A stretch of 64,000 nucleotides of DNA from an uncultured virus (IMG/VR IMGVR_UViG_3300032283_001024) (taxonomy: Duplodnaviria > Heunggongvirae > Uroviricota > Caudoviricetes): the IMG/VR virus record IMGVR_UViG_3300032283_001024. The stretch is one strand, 5' to 3'. The notes below the pieces were generated by a model. The model had not been told where the DNA came from. It saw only the letters and a program-made list of their open reading frames with translations, and did no database searches. Both the position numbers and the translations under genes were made by a program. Positions 49,407 to 58,387 of the stretch are shown here, piece after piece (position 1 is the stretch's first letter; each line of letters begins with the position of its first letter).

Positions 49407-49588
49407 TGACTAGCCCAGGACTTGATGCTTCAGCGCAACTCTCGCTTGCAAACGAGGACTGAAGCTGTAGGTCCCGTCCCCTACTGGGCTCGGCATTGAC
49501 GTAGCCGAACGCACGGCCTCTGTACCCAGTGGCTGCTGGGGTGTGACATTGGGACGGTCACACACGACCCCTAATGCTTTTTTAGTCA
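49407..49588. ncRNA. candidate ~180-nt multi-stem pseudoknotted RNA
   Basis: at least 7 perfect helices and a CGTCCC/GGGACG loop pseudoknot. Confidence 0.6.
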
Positions 49589-49629
49589 TGGGAAAGCCAG
49601 GAGAAACCCAGCCCTAAGGTAGCACAGAT

Positions 49630-49830
49630 TTAGCGACCAACCGCTTTAAGGATCAACCAAATAAGTCCACCAGCAGCTAGCAAGCTGAGAATCAGAGCGA
49701 GCGGGATCCACAGGGGGCCAAGCACCCAGATCCATGGCCAGTTGATGGAGCCTGTCAACTTCAGGCCGATGAACAGAACCGCCAGTAAAGAGGGAAAAAC
49801 GGATCCTGTACTGATTGAAACGCGGTCCAT
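49630..49830 (-). CDS. small two-TM membrane protein
   Basis: LLAVLFIGLKLTGSINWPWIWVLGPLWI. Confidence 0.7.
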   Translation of the reverse strand: MDRVSISTGSVFPSLLAVLFIGLKLTGSINWPWIWVLGPLWIPLALILSLLAAGGLIWLILKAVGR

Positions 49831-49998
49831 GCGGTTACGTCGGTACGGCACGGTTGTAGTCTATCGGACTTACGCACTGTACATACCGCTCACTGTGCTG
49901 TCAACGATCAAAGGTTGCCTCCCTTGCTGAAGGGGAGGACTTGTAGAGCAGTTTCCGATATCAGACGATTCTTACAGGTGGCCAATCCTACAAGTTGC

Positions 49999-50445
49999 TT
50001 AATCGGTAGAGCTGCTGGCACCGGTCGTCACCGGGAGATCGGTCAAACCCTTCATTTGACCTACGCCTAAATATAGCATTGAAGGTGTAGGTAGAACTCT
50101 TTCGAGTAAGGTCTCAGTTCCAGTTTTTGCTTCGAGGGTGGTCTCCAGGTGCTCGCAAGCCTTTTTTGGGTCGGTGTGAGTTCCACACGTGAACGCGTCT
50201 ACTGCGGCATAACCTAGTTCTGGCCAGGTGTGAATGGAGATGTGACTCTCTGACAAAAGGGCTAAAGCTGTCACGCCTTGTGGTTGAAACTTGTGTGAGG
50301 TGAGGCTGAGTAGGGTCGCTCCAGATCGTTCAGCGGCTTGAACCAAAGCTTCTCGGATGAAAGATTCATCGTCGAGCTTCTTATGGCTGCAGCCGTACAG
50401 ATCACTGATGCAGTGGCGTCCGATGCCTTCAGCTACCTCATTCAA
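49999..50445 (-). CDS. speD: S-adenosylmethionine decarboxylase proenzyme (pyruvoyl-dependent)
   Basis: HKFQPQGVTALALLSE^SHISIHTWPE..YAAVDAFTCG. Confidence 0.92.
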   Translation of the reverse strand: MNEVAEGIGRHCISDLYGCSHKKLDDESFIREALVQAAERSGATLLSLTSHKFQPQGVTALALLSESHISIHTWPELGYAAVDAFTCGTHTDPKKACEHLETTLEAKTGTETLLERVLPTPSMLYLGVGQMKGLTDLPVTTGASSSTD

Positions 50446-50550
50446 TTTTCGTGAGCAAACGAGTTAACTTATCTTAAGATCCCACATCTGGACCGATTTC
50501 TGGTCATCGGCAAGAAATGTTGGTAAGGTGCGAAGAACTGTTAGACGCAC

Positions 50551-51483
50551 GTGGTTGCAACGCTCTTGCCGATCTCTCTGGAGATTTTCCATTCAGGGGC
50601 TTCAGCTAGAGCAGATACCAAGATTTACCCCACGTACTCTAAGTCTGCATCGTACTTGCAGTTCTTGGATTACCAGTCGGAAGGAGATACGCGACTAACA
50701 ATCCAGGGGAACCGACATTACAAGACTCCTTATGGTGCTCTTCCTTCTGTAACTACGATCCTGTCAGCAACGCAGGGGAACAAAGCAGCTCTGGAGAAGT
50801 GGGCAGCTAAAAATCCTGGTGGTAGAGAAGCTGCTGCTGCACGCGGAACCAGGGTTCACAAGCTAATGGAGGACTACCTTCTTGGTGTTGAGAAGGATCC
50901 AGTCATCGATGATGAAGAGATTGCGGCCTTTTGGGACGGTCTTCCTGAACAACTGAGCAAACTGGATCGGGTGGTGTGGGCTGAGAATCCTGTAAACCCT
51001 GCTGATTTTGCTTGGACTATCGGGGGAGACGGAATCAGCCGCGTTTGGCATCCAGGAATCCATGAAACAGAAACGTGGGGATGGGCCGGAGCGCCGGATA
51101 TTGTTGCGGAGTATAAAGGAAAGGTGGTGCTGGGCGACCTTAAAACCAGTAATGGGCTGTACTACAGCAAATGGCCTGGTCCTGAGACTCCAAGATCGGA
51201 ATACGGAATGAAGCGGTCTGGTTTTGTAAAGTACAGCAAGTGTCAGATGCAGATGGCGGCTTATGCCATGGGTCTGGAGCACACGATGGGTATTGTTCCT
51301 GAGATCTATATGACGTTTGTTGCTACCAAGGAGCGGGCTCAGGTCTTTGCAATCCAAGGATCAACATTAAAAAAGTACAAAGAAAAATGGCTTGACGCTG
51401 TAAACAAGTATTACTCTGAGATTCTGCCAGCTCAGAACAAGATCGACTTAGAGGTGGTTGACGGGGACGAAGGATCCAACTGA
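50551..51483 (+). CDS. PD-(D/E)xK exonuclease
   Basis: LPSVTTIL, RGTRVH, AGAPD..DLKTS, QMAAY. Confidence 0.85.
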   Translation: MVATLLPISLEIFHSGASARADTKIYPTYSKSASYLQFLDYQSEGDTRLTIQGNRHYKTPYGALPSVTTILSATQGNKAALEKWAAKNPGGREAAAARGTRVHKLMEDYLLGVEKDPVIDDEEIAAFWDGLPEQLSKLDRVVWAENPVNPADFAWTIGGDGISRVWHPGIHETETWGWAGAPDIVAEYKGKVVLGDLKTSNGLYYSKWPGPETPRSEYGMKRSGFVKYSKCQMQMAAYAMGLEHTMGIVPEIYMTFVATKERAQVFAIQGSTLKKYKEKWLDAVNKYYSEILPAQNKIDLEVVDGDEGSN

Positions 51484-51599
51484 TGCAAAGTTCTGCGCCC
51501 TACATTTAAGAAACAAAGTCTCCAGGTTCCACCCCTTCCCACCAGCGCAGATCGGGGTTAGGGTGGTCCTGGCGTCTCGTTACAGATCCAGAAGAAAAC

Positions 51600-54233
51600 G
51601 TGACAACAGCCGCCTCCGAACCGACCCCTCCTAACAAGCATACAGCTCCAGGGCAGATCAACCTGGACTATGTGCCCGTTGACTTTCCCCTAACCCCCTT
51701 ACGCGGCAAGCGTGCCTATCTGCCAGGGTGGACGTCTGACCCAAAAACGGTGGCAGAGATTAAGAAGGAGTTGGAAGAAGGCAGAGCGACTGGTGTAGGC
51801 CTGTTGTGCGGCCAGTGGAGCAATGAGCTTGCTCTCATAATGGTAGATATTGATGGGGAGGCAGCCATCCCAGCTATTGAAGCTGCTGGCGGTGGTCCCA
51901 TTGACGCGATCTTCCCCCCGACACTGACCATCAGCAGCGGGAAACCGGGAAGGTTCCGGATGGTGTTCAGGGTTCCTCCTCACAAAGTTCATTCACTTCC
52001 GGACAAAGCAACCCTGAAGTTAGATGATAATCCTTGGGAAATCCTGTGGCGCAGTCGTCAGGGCGCAATCATGGGCGCACACCCTGAAACTGACGGATAT
52101 AGGACCACGGCTCATGGTGGATTTGAGTGGTGCAAGAAACTGCCTGAAATGCCAGAATGGCTTTACAAGCTGATCGTAGAAAAGTACCCTTCAAGTCGGT
52201 ACAAAAAACATTCCAGTTTTGAGAATGGTGCTGCGCTGATGCAGACTATCAACCTCGAATATGAAGAAGGTAGTGAGCATCAAAAACAGCAGATCATTGA
52301 GGAAGCTCAAGAGTATTTGTCAGCTCTAAGTCCTTCCAGGGCTGACGATTACGAGGAATGGATTGCTGTAGGCATGGCCCTCCATCAAATCGATGAAGAT
52401 TTGCTCGCAGATTGGATCAGCTGGTCTTCTATTTCTGACTCTTTTGAGGATGGTTGTTGCGAAGAGAAGTGGTCTAGTTTCGAGCGTTTGCCAGGTGGTC
52501 ACTCACCGGAAGGTGCCCGTGGGCTGAAAACACTCAGGGCTAAAGCTAAGGAAGACGGTTATGTTTCGATCGCTGGATTTGAGGTTCCAACTATTGAGAC
52601 GATCAATCGCCAGATGGCGTTTGAGATGGAGCGGGGAGGAGACGGCGACAATCAAGTGTTTTTGCTTGAAGACCTGATTCAACAAGGTGTTGTTCCGCCT
52701 GATTTCTTTGGTTTTGTTTCAGGAGATGATGATGACGATGATGGCGACAACCCAGCGTCAAAAGTGTCGGATAAGAAAGGCAGGCCAAGGAACCCGCCCG
52801 CTTCAGTTATTGCAAATGGGTTGGTTCCGAAGCTGTTGTCTCATGGTTGGCGGTATGACGCGAAGTTTGATGTCTTCATGCACTACGACGGCGAGCGTGG
52901 TGTGTGGAGCAGGCAGGCGCACGCCAAAGACTTTAAGCACAACGTTCAGTTTTATCTTGAGAAGATTGACCTTCCTAATGGCTACACTGCCAACCTTGTA
53001 GATGACGTCTGCAGCCTGCTAGAGGGTAATCTCCAGCAAGATGACTGGACGCACGATACGACGCGCTTGGCATTTTTGAATGGTGTTTTGGAGCTTGATA
53101 CAGGTGAATTTGTTGAGCATTGTCCCGACAACTACATTACTTGGGGGCTTGATTTTAAGTATGATCCCACTCTAGAACCGGGTCCTATTGCTGAGTGGTT
53201 GTATAGGACACAGTACAACGATGACGCACGTGTTCAGGTATTGAGAGCTTGGTTGAGGGCTTGTCTGGTTGGTAGGGGGAACGAGATTCAACGATTCCTG
53301 GAGATTATTGGTCCAGGTGGCCGAGGTAAGTCCACTTTTGCCAATCTTTGCTGTGCTCTCGTCGGCAACGGGAATTTTGCCAGCACGACACTGAATCAGC
53401 TGGAGCAAAGTCGGTTTGAGTTGTCGTCTGTCAAGGGAAAACGGCTGACCTTGATCAACGATTCCGAGAGGTATGGAGGATCTGTTCAAACCTTCAAAGC
53501 GTTGACAGGGGGTGATTCTCTTCGCTATGAAGAGAAGCAGAAAAGTGTCGGGGAGCCGTTCGTATATACCGGAATGATTATTGTTGTGGCTAATGAACCG
53601 ATTCAGACCACTGATAACACCTCTGGACTCAGCCGTAGACGATTAACAATTGAGTTCAATAGGCCCTTATATAACAAGAGTAGTGAAGCAAAAGACATGA
53701 TTAAGATCGAAGGCGGACGGGTTAGTGGATTCTGGAAGAACTATTTACCTGGCTTAGTTAACTGGGTATTGCAAATGACGGATGAGCAGATGCGCTGTTA
53801 CTTGCTTGACACACAGGAGTTGGTTCCTTCTTTGCAAAAAGTCAGGAACAGCATCCTGATTAACAGCAATAACCTGATTGAGTGGCTTCAATCTGAGTGC
53901 GTTTATGAGGAGAAGCACGTTTCGGCGGTTGGCAAGAAGATCCCAGCCCCACGGGATCAGAGCGGTCCGTCTGAGAGATATTGCAACAGCAGCTCGCACC
54001 TTTACCCGAGTTACTGTGCGTTCGCTGAAGATACAGGGTCCAAGCCTGTTGGACAGAAGCGATTTGTGAACTTGCTATTGGACTGCTGCCGGAATCAGCT
54101 GGGCTTGTCTGGTGTATCTACTTTTAGTAAGTACGGGAAGCCTTTTTTCAAGGGAATTGCTGTGCGAGTTTCTGACAGTAAGTTCAAAGGTCATCCGACG
54201 ATTCTGGCTGAAGGAGTGAGTTCAGAATCATGA
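51600..54233 (+). CDS. primase-polymerase (Prim-Pol + PriCT-2) fused to D5/P4-type SF3 helicase
   Basis: VDIDG, YEEWIAVGMALH, FLNGVLEL.TG, Walker A GPGGRGKST, FKALTGGD. Confidence 0.92.
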   Translation: MTTAASEPTPPNKHTAPGQINLDYVPVDFPLTPLRGKRAYLPGWTSDPKTVAEIKKELEEGRATGVGLLCGQWSNELALIMVDIDGEAAIPAIEAAGGGPIDAIFPPTLTISSGKPGRFRMVFRVPPHKVHSLPDKATLKLDDNPWEILWRSRQGAIMGAHPETDGYRTTAHGGFEWCKKLPEMPEWLYKLIVEKYPSSRYKKHSSFENGAALMQTINLEYEEGSEHQKQQIIEEAQEYLSALSPSRADDYEEWIAVGMALHQIDEDLLADWISWSSISDSFEDGCCEEKWSSFERLPGGHSPEGARGLKTLRAKAKEDGYVSIAGFEVPTIETINRQMAFEMERGGDGDNQVFLLEDLIQQGVVPPDFFGFVSGDDDDDDGDNPASKVSDKKGRPRNPPASVIANGLVPKLLSHGWRYDAKFDVFMHYDGERGVWSRQAHAKDFKHNVQFYLEKIDLPNGYTANLVDDVCSLLEGNLQQDDWTHDTTRLAFLNGVLELDTGEFVEHCPDNYITWGLDFKYDPTLEPGPIAEWLYRTQYNDDARVQVLRAWLRACLVGRGNEIQRFLEIIGPGGRGKSTFANLCCALVGNGNFASTTLNQLEQSRFELSSVKGKRLTLINDSERYGGSVQTFKALTGGDSLRYEEKQKSVGEPFVYTGMIIVVANEPIQTTDNTSGLSRRRLTIEFNRPLYNKSSEAKDMIKIEGGRVSGFWKNYLPGLVNWVLQMTDEQMRCYLLDTQELVPSLQKVRNSILINSNNLIEWLQSECVYEEKHVSAVGKKIPAPRDQSGPSERYCNSSSHLYPSYCAFAEDTGSKPVGQKRFVNLLLDCCRNQLGLSGVSTFSKYGKPFFKGIAVRVSDSKFKGHPTILAEGVSSES

Positions 54234-54520
54234 CTATGGACATAAAGGATGCCGTGCAGTACAAGTACAAAGTTGAAGAAACAGGCTCTGATTGGGAGGT
54301 TTTTACTGTACTCTATCCGAAAAGAAAAGATATCTACGACATTGCAGAAGAAGCTGCAAAGCTTTATTACTATGGTCGTGCTGGATGGGAAGAGGCTTGG
54401 CCGCTGACGTTTGTGATTAGGACCGTCAACGACATGTTTGTTGCAAAAGCGTTCGTCTTTGTGTGCTCAGCTGCTCCTGATTTTGATGTGGTGATCTCTG
54501 AAAAGGCTGGGTCCTACTGA
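54230..54520 (+). CDS. hypothetical protein
   Basis: ATGA coupling to the primase. Confidence 0.6.
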   Translation: MTMDIKDAVQYKYKVEETGSDWEVFTVLYPKRKDIYDIAEEAAKLYYYGRAGWEEAWPLTFVIRTVNDMFVAKAFVFVCSAAPDFDVVISEKAGSY

Positions 54521-55060
54521 GCCGACGCTTTTACGTCAACGCACACACAAGTGGTGCATTTTCCGCACCAGGTTTTGTCGCCAGGGATTGGTTCTGTTCC
54601 GTAATCGAAGTCATCGTAATCTTCTGAATTTCGGAGGTTTGTAGCAAGCTTACGAATACGGTCGACGGTTGTTGGGCTCGGCATTTCAGGCTCCTTTCAA
54701 GGTTCTGTGAACTTCGTTTCTAAGATCAATAAGACGTTGGTTGAACTTGTTCATATCAAGCTTTGCTGGTTGATAGCCTGGTTGGCCCCTGAGTCCTTCC
54801 ATCCAACGATCAACTTCTGGACTATCAATGTCTGGATAAACGCTGAAGCTTGGATCAGCTGCTAAATATTCCGGAGAGGCGTAACTGTAGCCATAGCCTT
54901 CAGGCTTAACATCTGATCCAGCCATAAATGTTCTTGCCCCTCCTGTGCTGAAAGTAGGGATGGTTGGATCAGTGCTTCCTTGTGAGTAGTCCTGACTTGA
55001 AGAAGAAATTTCTTTCCACTTGGAAGCTCTGCCTAGTGCATCAGATGGAGAGTTCATCAT
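54514..55060 (-). other. two small CDS (54514-54684, 54686-55060)
   Basis: co-oriented with 55057-56184. Confidence 0.5.
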
Positions 55061-56184
55061 TCTGCTGTTCCTGCAACCGGAATCATTCCGCCTTGTTGTG
55101 GCGTGTTAAATAGGTTCGGGTATTTCTTTCCATAGCTTTGAAGAAACAGGTCGCCGGGATTGGTTGTCCTGAAAGCTGGCATACCCTCACCGGTTGTCTT
55201 TTGGCTTGCTTGTTGTGCAGCAGCAGCATAAGGAGCACTTACAGCAGCACCTTGGATCTGCGGAGGAGCGGGAACGCTGTTTGCTGGAGTACCGAAACTG
55301 TTCTGGCCCATCGCCGGAGTTGGCATCATCTTGCTGATGTCAGCTCCGGATTCAGTGCCAAAAGCAGGACCGTGCCATTCGCTATCCGGAAACTGCGAAT
55401 GACGCATGTCAGGGGTCGGCATCATCTTGTTGGTGTCGATGCCAGGGATCCCTTGGGGCAGGCCTGCAGGAGTGATCTGGGAGCCGCCAAAACGCTTAGC
55501 GAACTCACGCTGGGCAAGCATCGGGTTAGCGTTGGCCCAAGCTTCCATGGGAGTCCCTTCGTAGCCCATAGACGCAACGATGTTGTCCATGTTACCGCGA
55601 CCCATGGCGCTTTCTGAGCGGTAGAAGGTCGAGGCAGCAGTTCCAGGAGGAGGCGAGGGTTGGCCAGCCATCTGCACCATTTCGGCTGCGCTGGAGGGTG
55701 CTCCTGCTCCACGGGAAGCGGATCCAAAGTACTGATCCATCTCAGGTGAGTGGAAGTAGCGGTCGTACTGGCCTTGAGGATTTTGAGCGTACTGTTTGTA
55801 CATGTCGCCCTGACGCAGATCAGTAAGTCCGCCGCGTTGGCCAGTTACGATTGGAGTGGGGGCACCTCCGACGTGCGCAGGGATTCTTGCCTCGGTTTGT
55901 GAGTGGGTTCTTGCTTCAGTCTGCGCTGAAGCTCGGTTACTGGGACCTGCTGTCCAACTTGCGCCAGCATTTCCTCCGCCTGTGCCAAGCCATCGAGGGT
56001 TGTTTACGTCAGGTGGGATATTGGAAACACCGCGAGTAGTAGTTTGTCCGCCGAGGTCGCGTAAAAAGTTGCCAACTTGACGTGGAAGATTTAGAACGGG
56101 AATAGTACTTTGCCTTCTTTGTTCTGCAGCACGTCGAGCAACAGCAGCGTTACCCAAAGCAGTTGACATTCCTGGAAAAGGCAC
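55057..56184 (-). CDS. Pro/Gly/Gln-rich hypothetical protein
   Basis: 375-aa ORF with internal duplication (KMMPTP x2). Confidence 0.65.
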   Translation of the reverse strand: MPFPGMSTALGNAAVARRAAEQRRQSTIPVLNLPRQVGNFLRDLGGQTTTRGVSNIPPDVNNPRWLGTGGGNAGASWTAGPSNRASAQTEARTHSQTEARIPAHVGGAPTPIVTGQRGGLTDLRQGDMYKQYAQNPQGQYDRYFHSPEMDQYFGSASRGAGAPSSAAEMVQMAGQPSPPPGTAASTFYRSESAMGRGNMDNIVASMGYEGTPMEAWANANPMLAQREFAKRFGGSQITPAGLPQGIPGIDTNKMMPTPDMRHSQFPDSEWHGPAFGTESGADISKMMPTPAMGQNSFGTPANSVPAPPQIQGAAVSAPYAAAAQQASQKTTGEGMPAFRTTNPGDLFLQSYGKKYPNLFNTPQQGGMIPVAGTAE

Positions 56185-56244
56185 AACAATCCTCGTCTGT
56201 AAAACTCACTACTACAATGATAGTACAGGTCTTCAAACAGCGAC

Positions 56245-56430
56245 ATGAGATTACTTGAGATGCTTTCCAACGGAGCAACAATTGAGTTCGGAGAGGACTT
56301 GCATGGTAACCAGGTACACAGGGTTTGTAATTCCTTAGGTTTAATGTGTAAGTACGTGGAACCTTACCACTGCGCACTAACCTATGCGAAACAATATGAG
56401 GCATGTTCAGTAAAAGATTTTAAAAATTAG
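56245..56430 (+). CDS. small Cys-containing hypothetical protein
   Basis: 61-aa ATG ORF. Confidence 0.5.
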   Translation: MRLLEMLSNGATIEFGEDLHGNQVHRVCNSLGLMCKYVEPYHCALTYAKQYEACSVKDFKN

Positions 56431-56496
56431 GTATAAAAGCAGGTAGGGGGTAGATCTGTACTACAGCAAACCCTTTGGTACGACAGGAGTTTCGCT

Positions 56497-56707
56497 TAAC
56501 GTACGAGGAACTCCGGTTTTTAGTGGAATCTCACTCACATGGAAGTAGTTTGTGGTTCTCAAGTGTACGCAACAACGGTACGTAACACCTGTACGTAACA
56601 AAAGTTGCATACTGATGTTACGTATGAATGTTACATACAGTTGATAACCACAAATTGCTTCTATACCAAGTGAAATACCCTTAAAAAGCGGAGTTCCTAA
56701 CACGTTA
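56497..56707. repeat. ~200-bp imperfect palindrome with 3 direct + 3 inverted 10-bp iterons at 13-bp period (candidate replication origin)
   Basis: GTACGYAACA at 56565/56578/56591; inverted copies at 56603/56616/56629; outer arms AGGAACTCCG/CGGAGTTCCT. Confidence 0.85.
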
Positions 56708-56784
56708 TGGTCCCCTGCCTGCAAACCCTTGACACAGGAAGGGCTCTGCTGTACTCTTTCAAGAGTACGCAACTTCCCCCTACT

Positions 56785-57276
56785 ATGAAGTTTCTTGAAT
56801 TTTTCAAGACTTATGGGTTGACACGCAAGGACGCTTTATTTTTTGTAGAGACTCTGACGGTATTTCACCAGGAACTCGGAAAAACCCAATGCTGGTGCCT
56901 GAAAACGAACAACACCAGAAGGTTGAAGGGCTTTACAACCAGCCATGGAGGCAAGCCTTTGTACAAAGGTAAAGACGCCAGGCTTCTACTACTGGCACTA
57001 GTAGATATGTACCAGGAGAATCCTGACGCGTTGGTGGTGCGGAAACATTGTTGCAACTCCGTATACTGCCTAAACCCTGGCCACTACTTTTTTGGTACGA
57101 AAAAAGACGTGTGCCTTGAGAGAGGGAAGCGGCGGGGCAGTGCAGTGACGGAGGAGTTGATCACGAAATTGCGGGGCTGCCACAAGGAGGGTAGGACGTT
57201 TGCTCACCTTGCCAAACAGAACGGACTCCCCTACCATGTGGTACGGCGCATCTGTATCCACGAGGTCTATGACTGA
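56785..57276 (+). CDS. His-Me finger (Zn-loop/HNH-like) nuclease with C-terminal HTH
   Basis: CWC..., VRKHCCNSVYCLNPGHYFFGT. Confidence 0.7.
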   Translation: MKFLEFFKTYGLTRKDALFFVETLTVFHQELGKTQCWCLKTNNTRRLKGFTTSHGGKPLYKGKDARLLLLALVDMYQENPDALVVRKHCCNSVYCLNPGHYFFGTKKDVCLERGKRRGSAVTEELITKLRGCHKEGRTFAHLAKQNGLPYHVVRRICIHEVYD

Positions 57277-57880
57277 AGATTTTTCTCAGACCCTCGTCAG
57301 AAATGCCGAATTACTACGTAATGACGTAAAAAATTCGCCTGAAAAGACGACTGTTTTATCTAGCAGCAAAAGTAAAGTCCGATGCTTGTGGCACAAACGA
57401 AACGGTGTCGGACATGTAGGTAGGTTTGGTCTGATGGGCGAGTGCCTTGATTGCATGAAGCAGGTGGAGTCTGGTTACTGTTCAGTCGATGTTCGTAATT
57501 TTGAGTTCAGCGAACACTGGCCGATTAAGAGCTTTTGGGATAAGGTGATTATTGGAGATCCAGATGACTGTTGGCCTTGGGTTGGCGCCACAAGAAAGAA
57601 CGGAGCAGAAACGGCGGCGTACATGCCCAGCCCGTTTCACAGTGGTAAAATTCAATCGGCGGCCAGGGTAGCGTTCTGGACTTCTCGGGGATACTCCGGG
57701 AAGATGCGGGTGTTCCACAGGAATGGTTGCGACTCTTTGTGTTGCAATCCTCTTCATCTCCGACTTAGAGAAATGGAAGCGCTTCCTACTCCGAAAAAAC
57801 TTGTTACCGTAAACCTCAGCTATGGAAACATCTTTGACCAAGCAAGAACAGACGCCGAAAAAAGCTTCGTACAAACGTAG
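57269..57880 (+). CDS. HNH/His-Cys box-like endonuclease
   Basis: FWDKV..GDPDDCWPWVG, AARVAF, HRNGCDSLCCNPLHL. Confidence 0.78.
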   Translation: MTEDFSQTLVRNAELLRNDVKNSPEKTTVLSSSKSKVRCLWHKRNGVGHVGRFGLMGECLDCMKQVESGYCSVDVRNFEFSEHWPIKSFWDKVIIGDPDDCWPWVGATRKNGAETAAYMPSPFHSGKIQSAARVAFWTSRGYSGKMRVFHRNGCDSLCCNPLHLRLREMEALPTPKKLVTVNLSYGNIFDQARTDAEKSFVQT

Positions 57881-58352
57881 TGAAATCTTGCCCAGCTGTT
57901 GGAACGAAGACACCAAACTGTTTGCAGGTCACGTTGTTATCGGACACGAGCACCACTGGACGGGTTGGTTTGCTTCAAAGGAAGAAGCACAGTTAGAGCT
58001 TAGGTGCCTTGAAAAGCGACTCAGCTTTGAGGTGATTGATACTGTTGAAGGAGAGGGCTACTATCCGGAAAGGCAAGATACGCTCGAAAAGCTGTATCAA
58101 GAAAGCGGACGCACGAACGGTCTTTACACCGGCTTAATCACAGAACAGCTTCAACTGAAACCATGTTAGACGGACACGGGATCTGAAATGGACGATAACT
58201 GTGCGGAAGCAATGCGTCAGCTTTTTTCCGCCAAGTGGAACATACCAAAAGCAGCCAAGTACTGTTCAATCACAAATACAGAATGTAAAGAAATGTTTCG
58301 ACAGTACTGTCAATGTAATCCCCTGACTTACGTTGACAGTGAGCTGAAATAG
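57822..58352 (+). other. two small CDS (57822-58169, 58188-58352)
   Basis: second ORF has the LFSAKWNIPKAA..C pattern seen in cyanophage small proteins. Confidence 0.55.
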
Positions 58353-58387
58353 TTTTGCTAGAGTGTTTTTATTGGTGACACAAGAAG

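Noticed and set aside
49410..49589. 59-codon minus-strand ORF (MTKKALGVV...)
   Set aside because: No recognisable protein pattern; dense perfect helices favour an RNA, but the ORF is not excluded.
50551..51483. Cas4 / CRISPR adaptation gene
   Set aside because: Lacks the four-Cys Fe-S motif and sits beside the primase, so it is read as a replication exonuclease.
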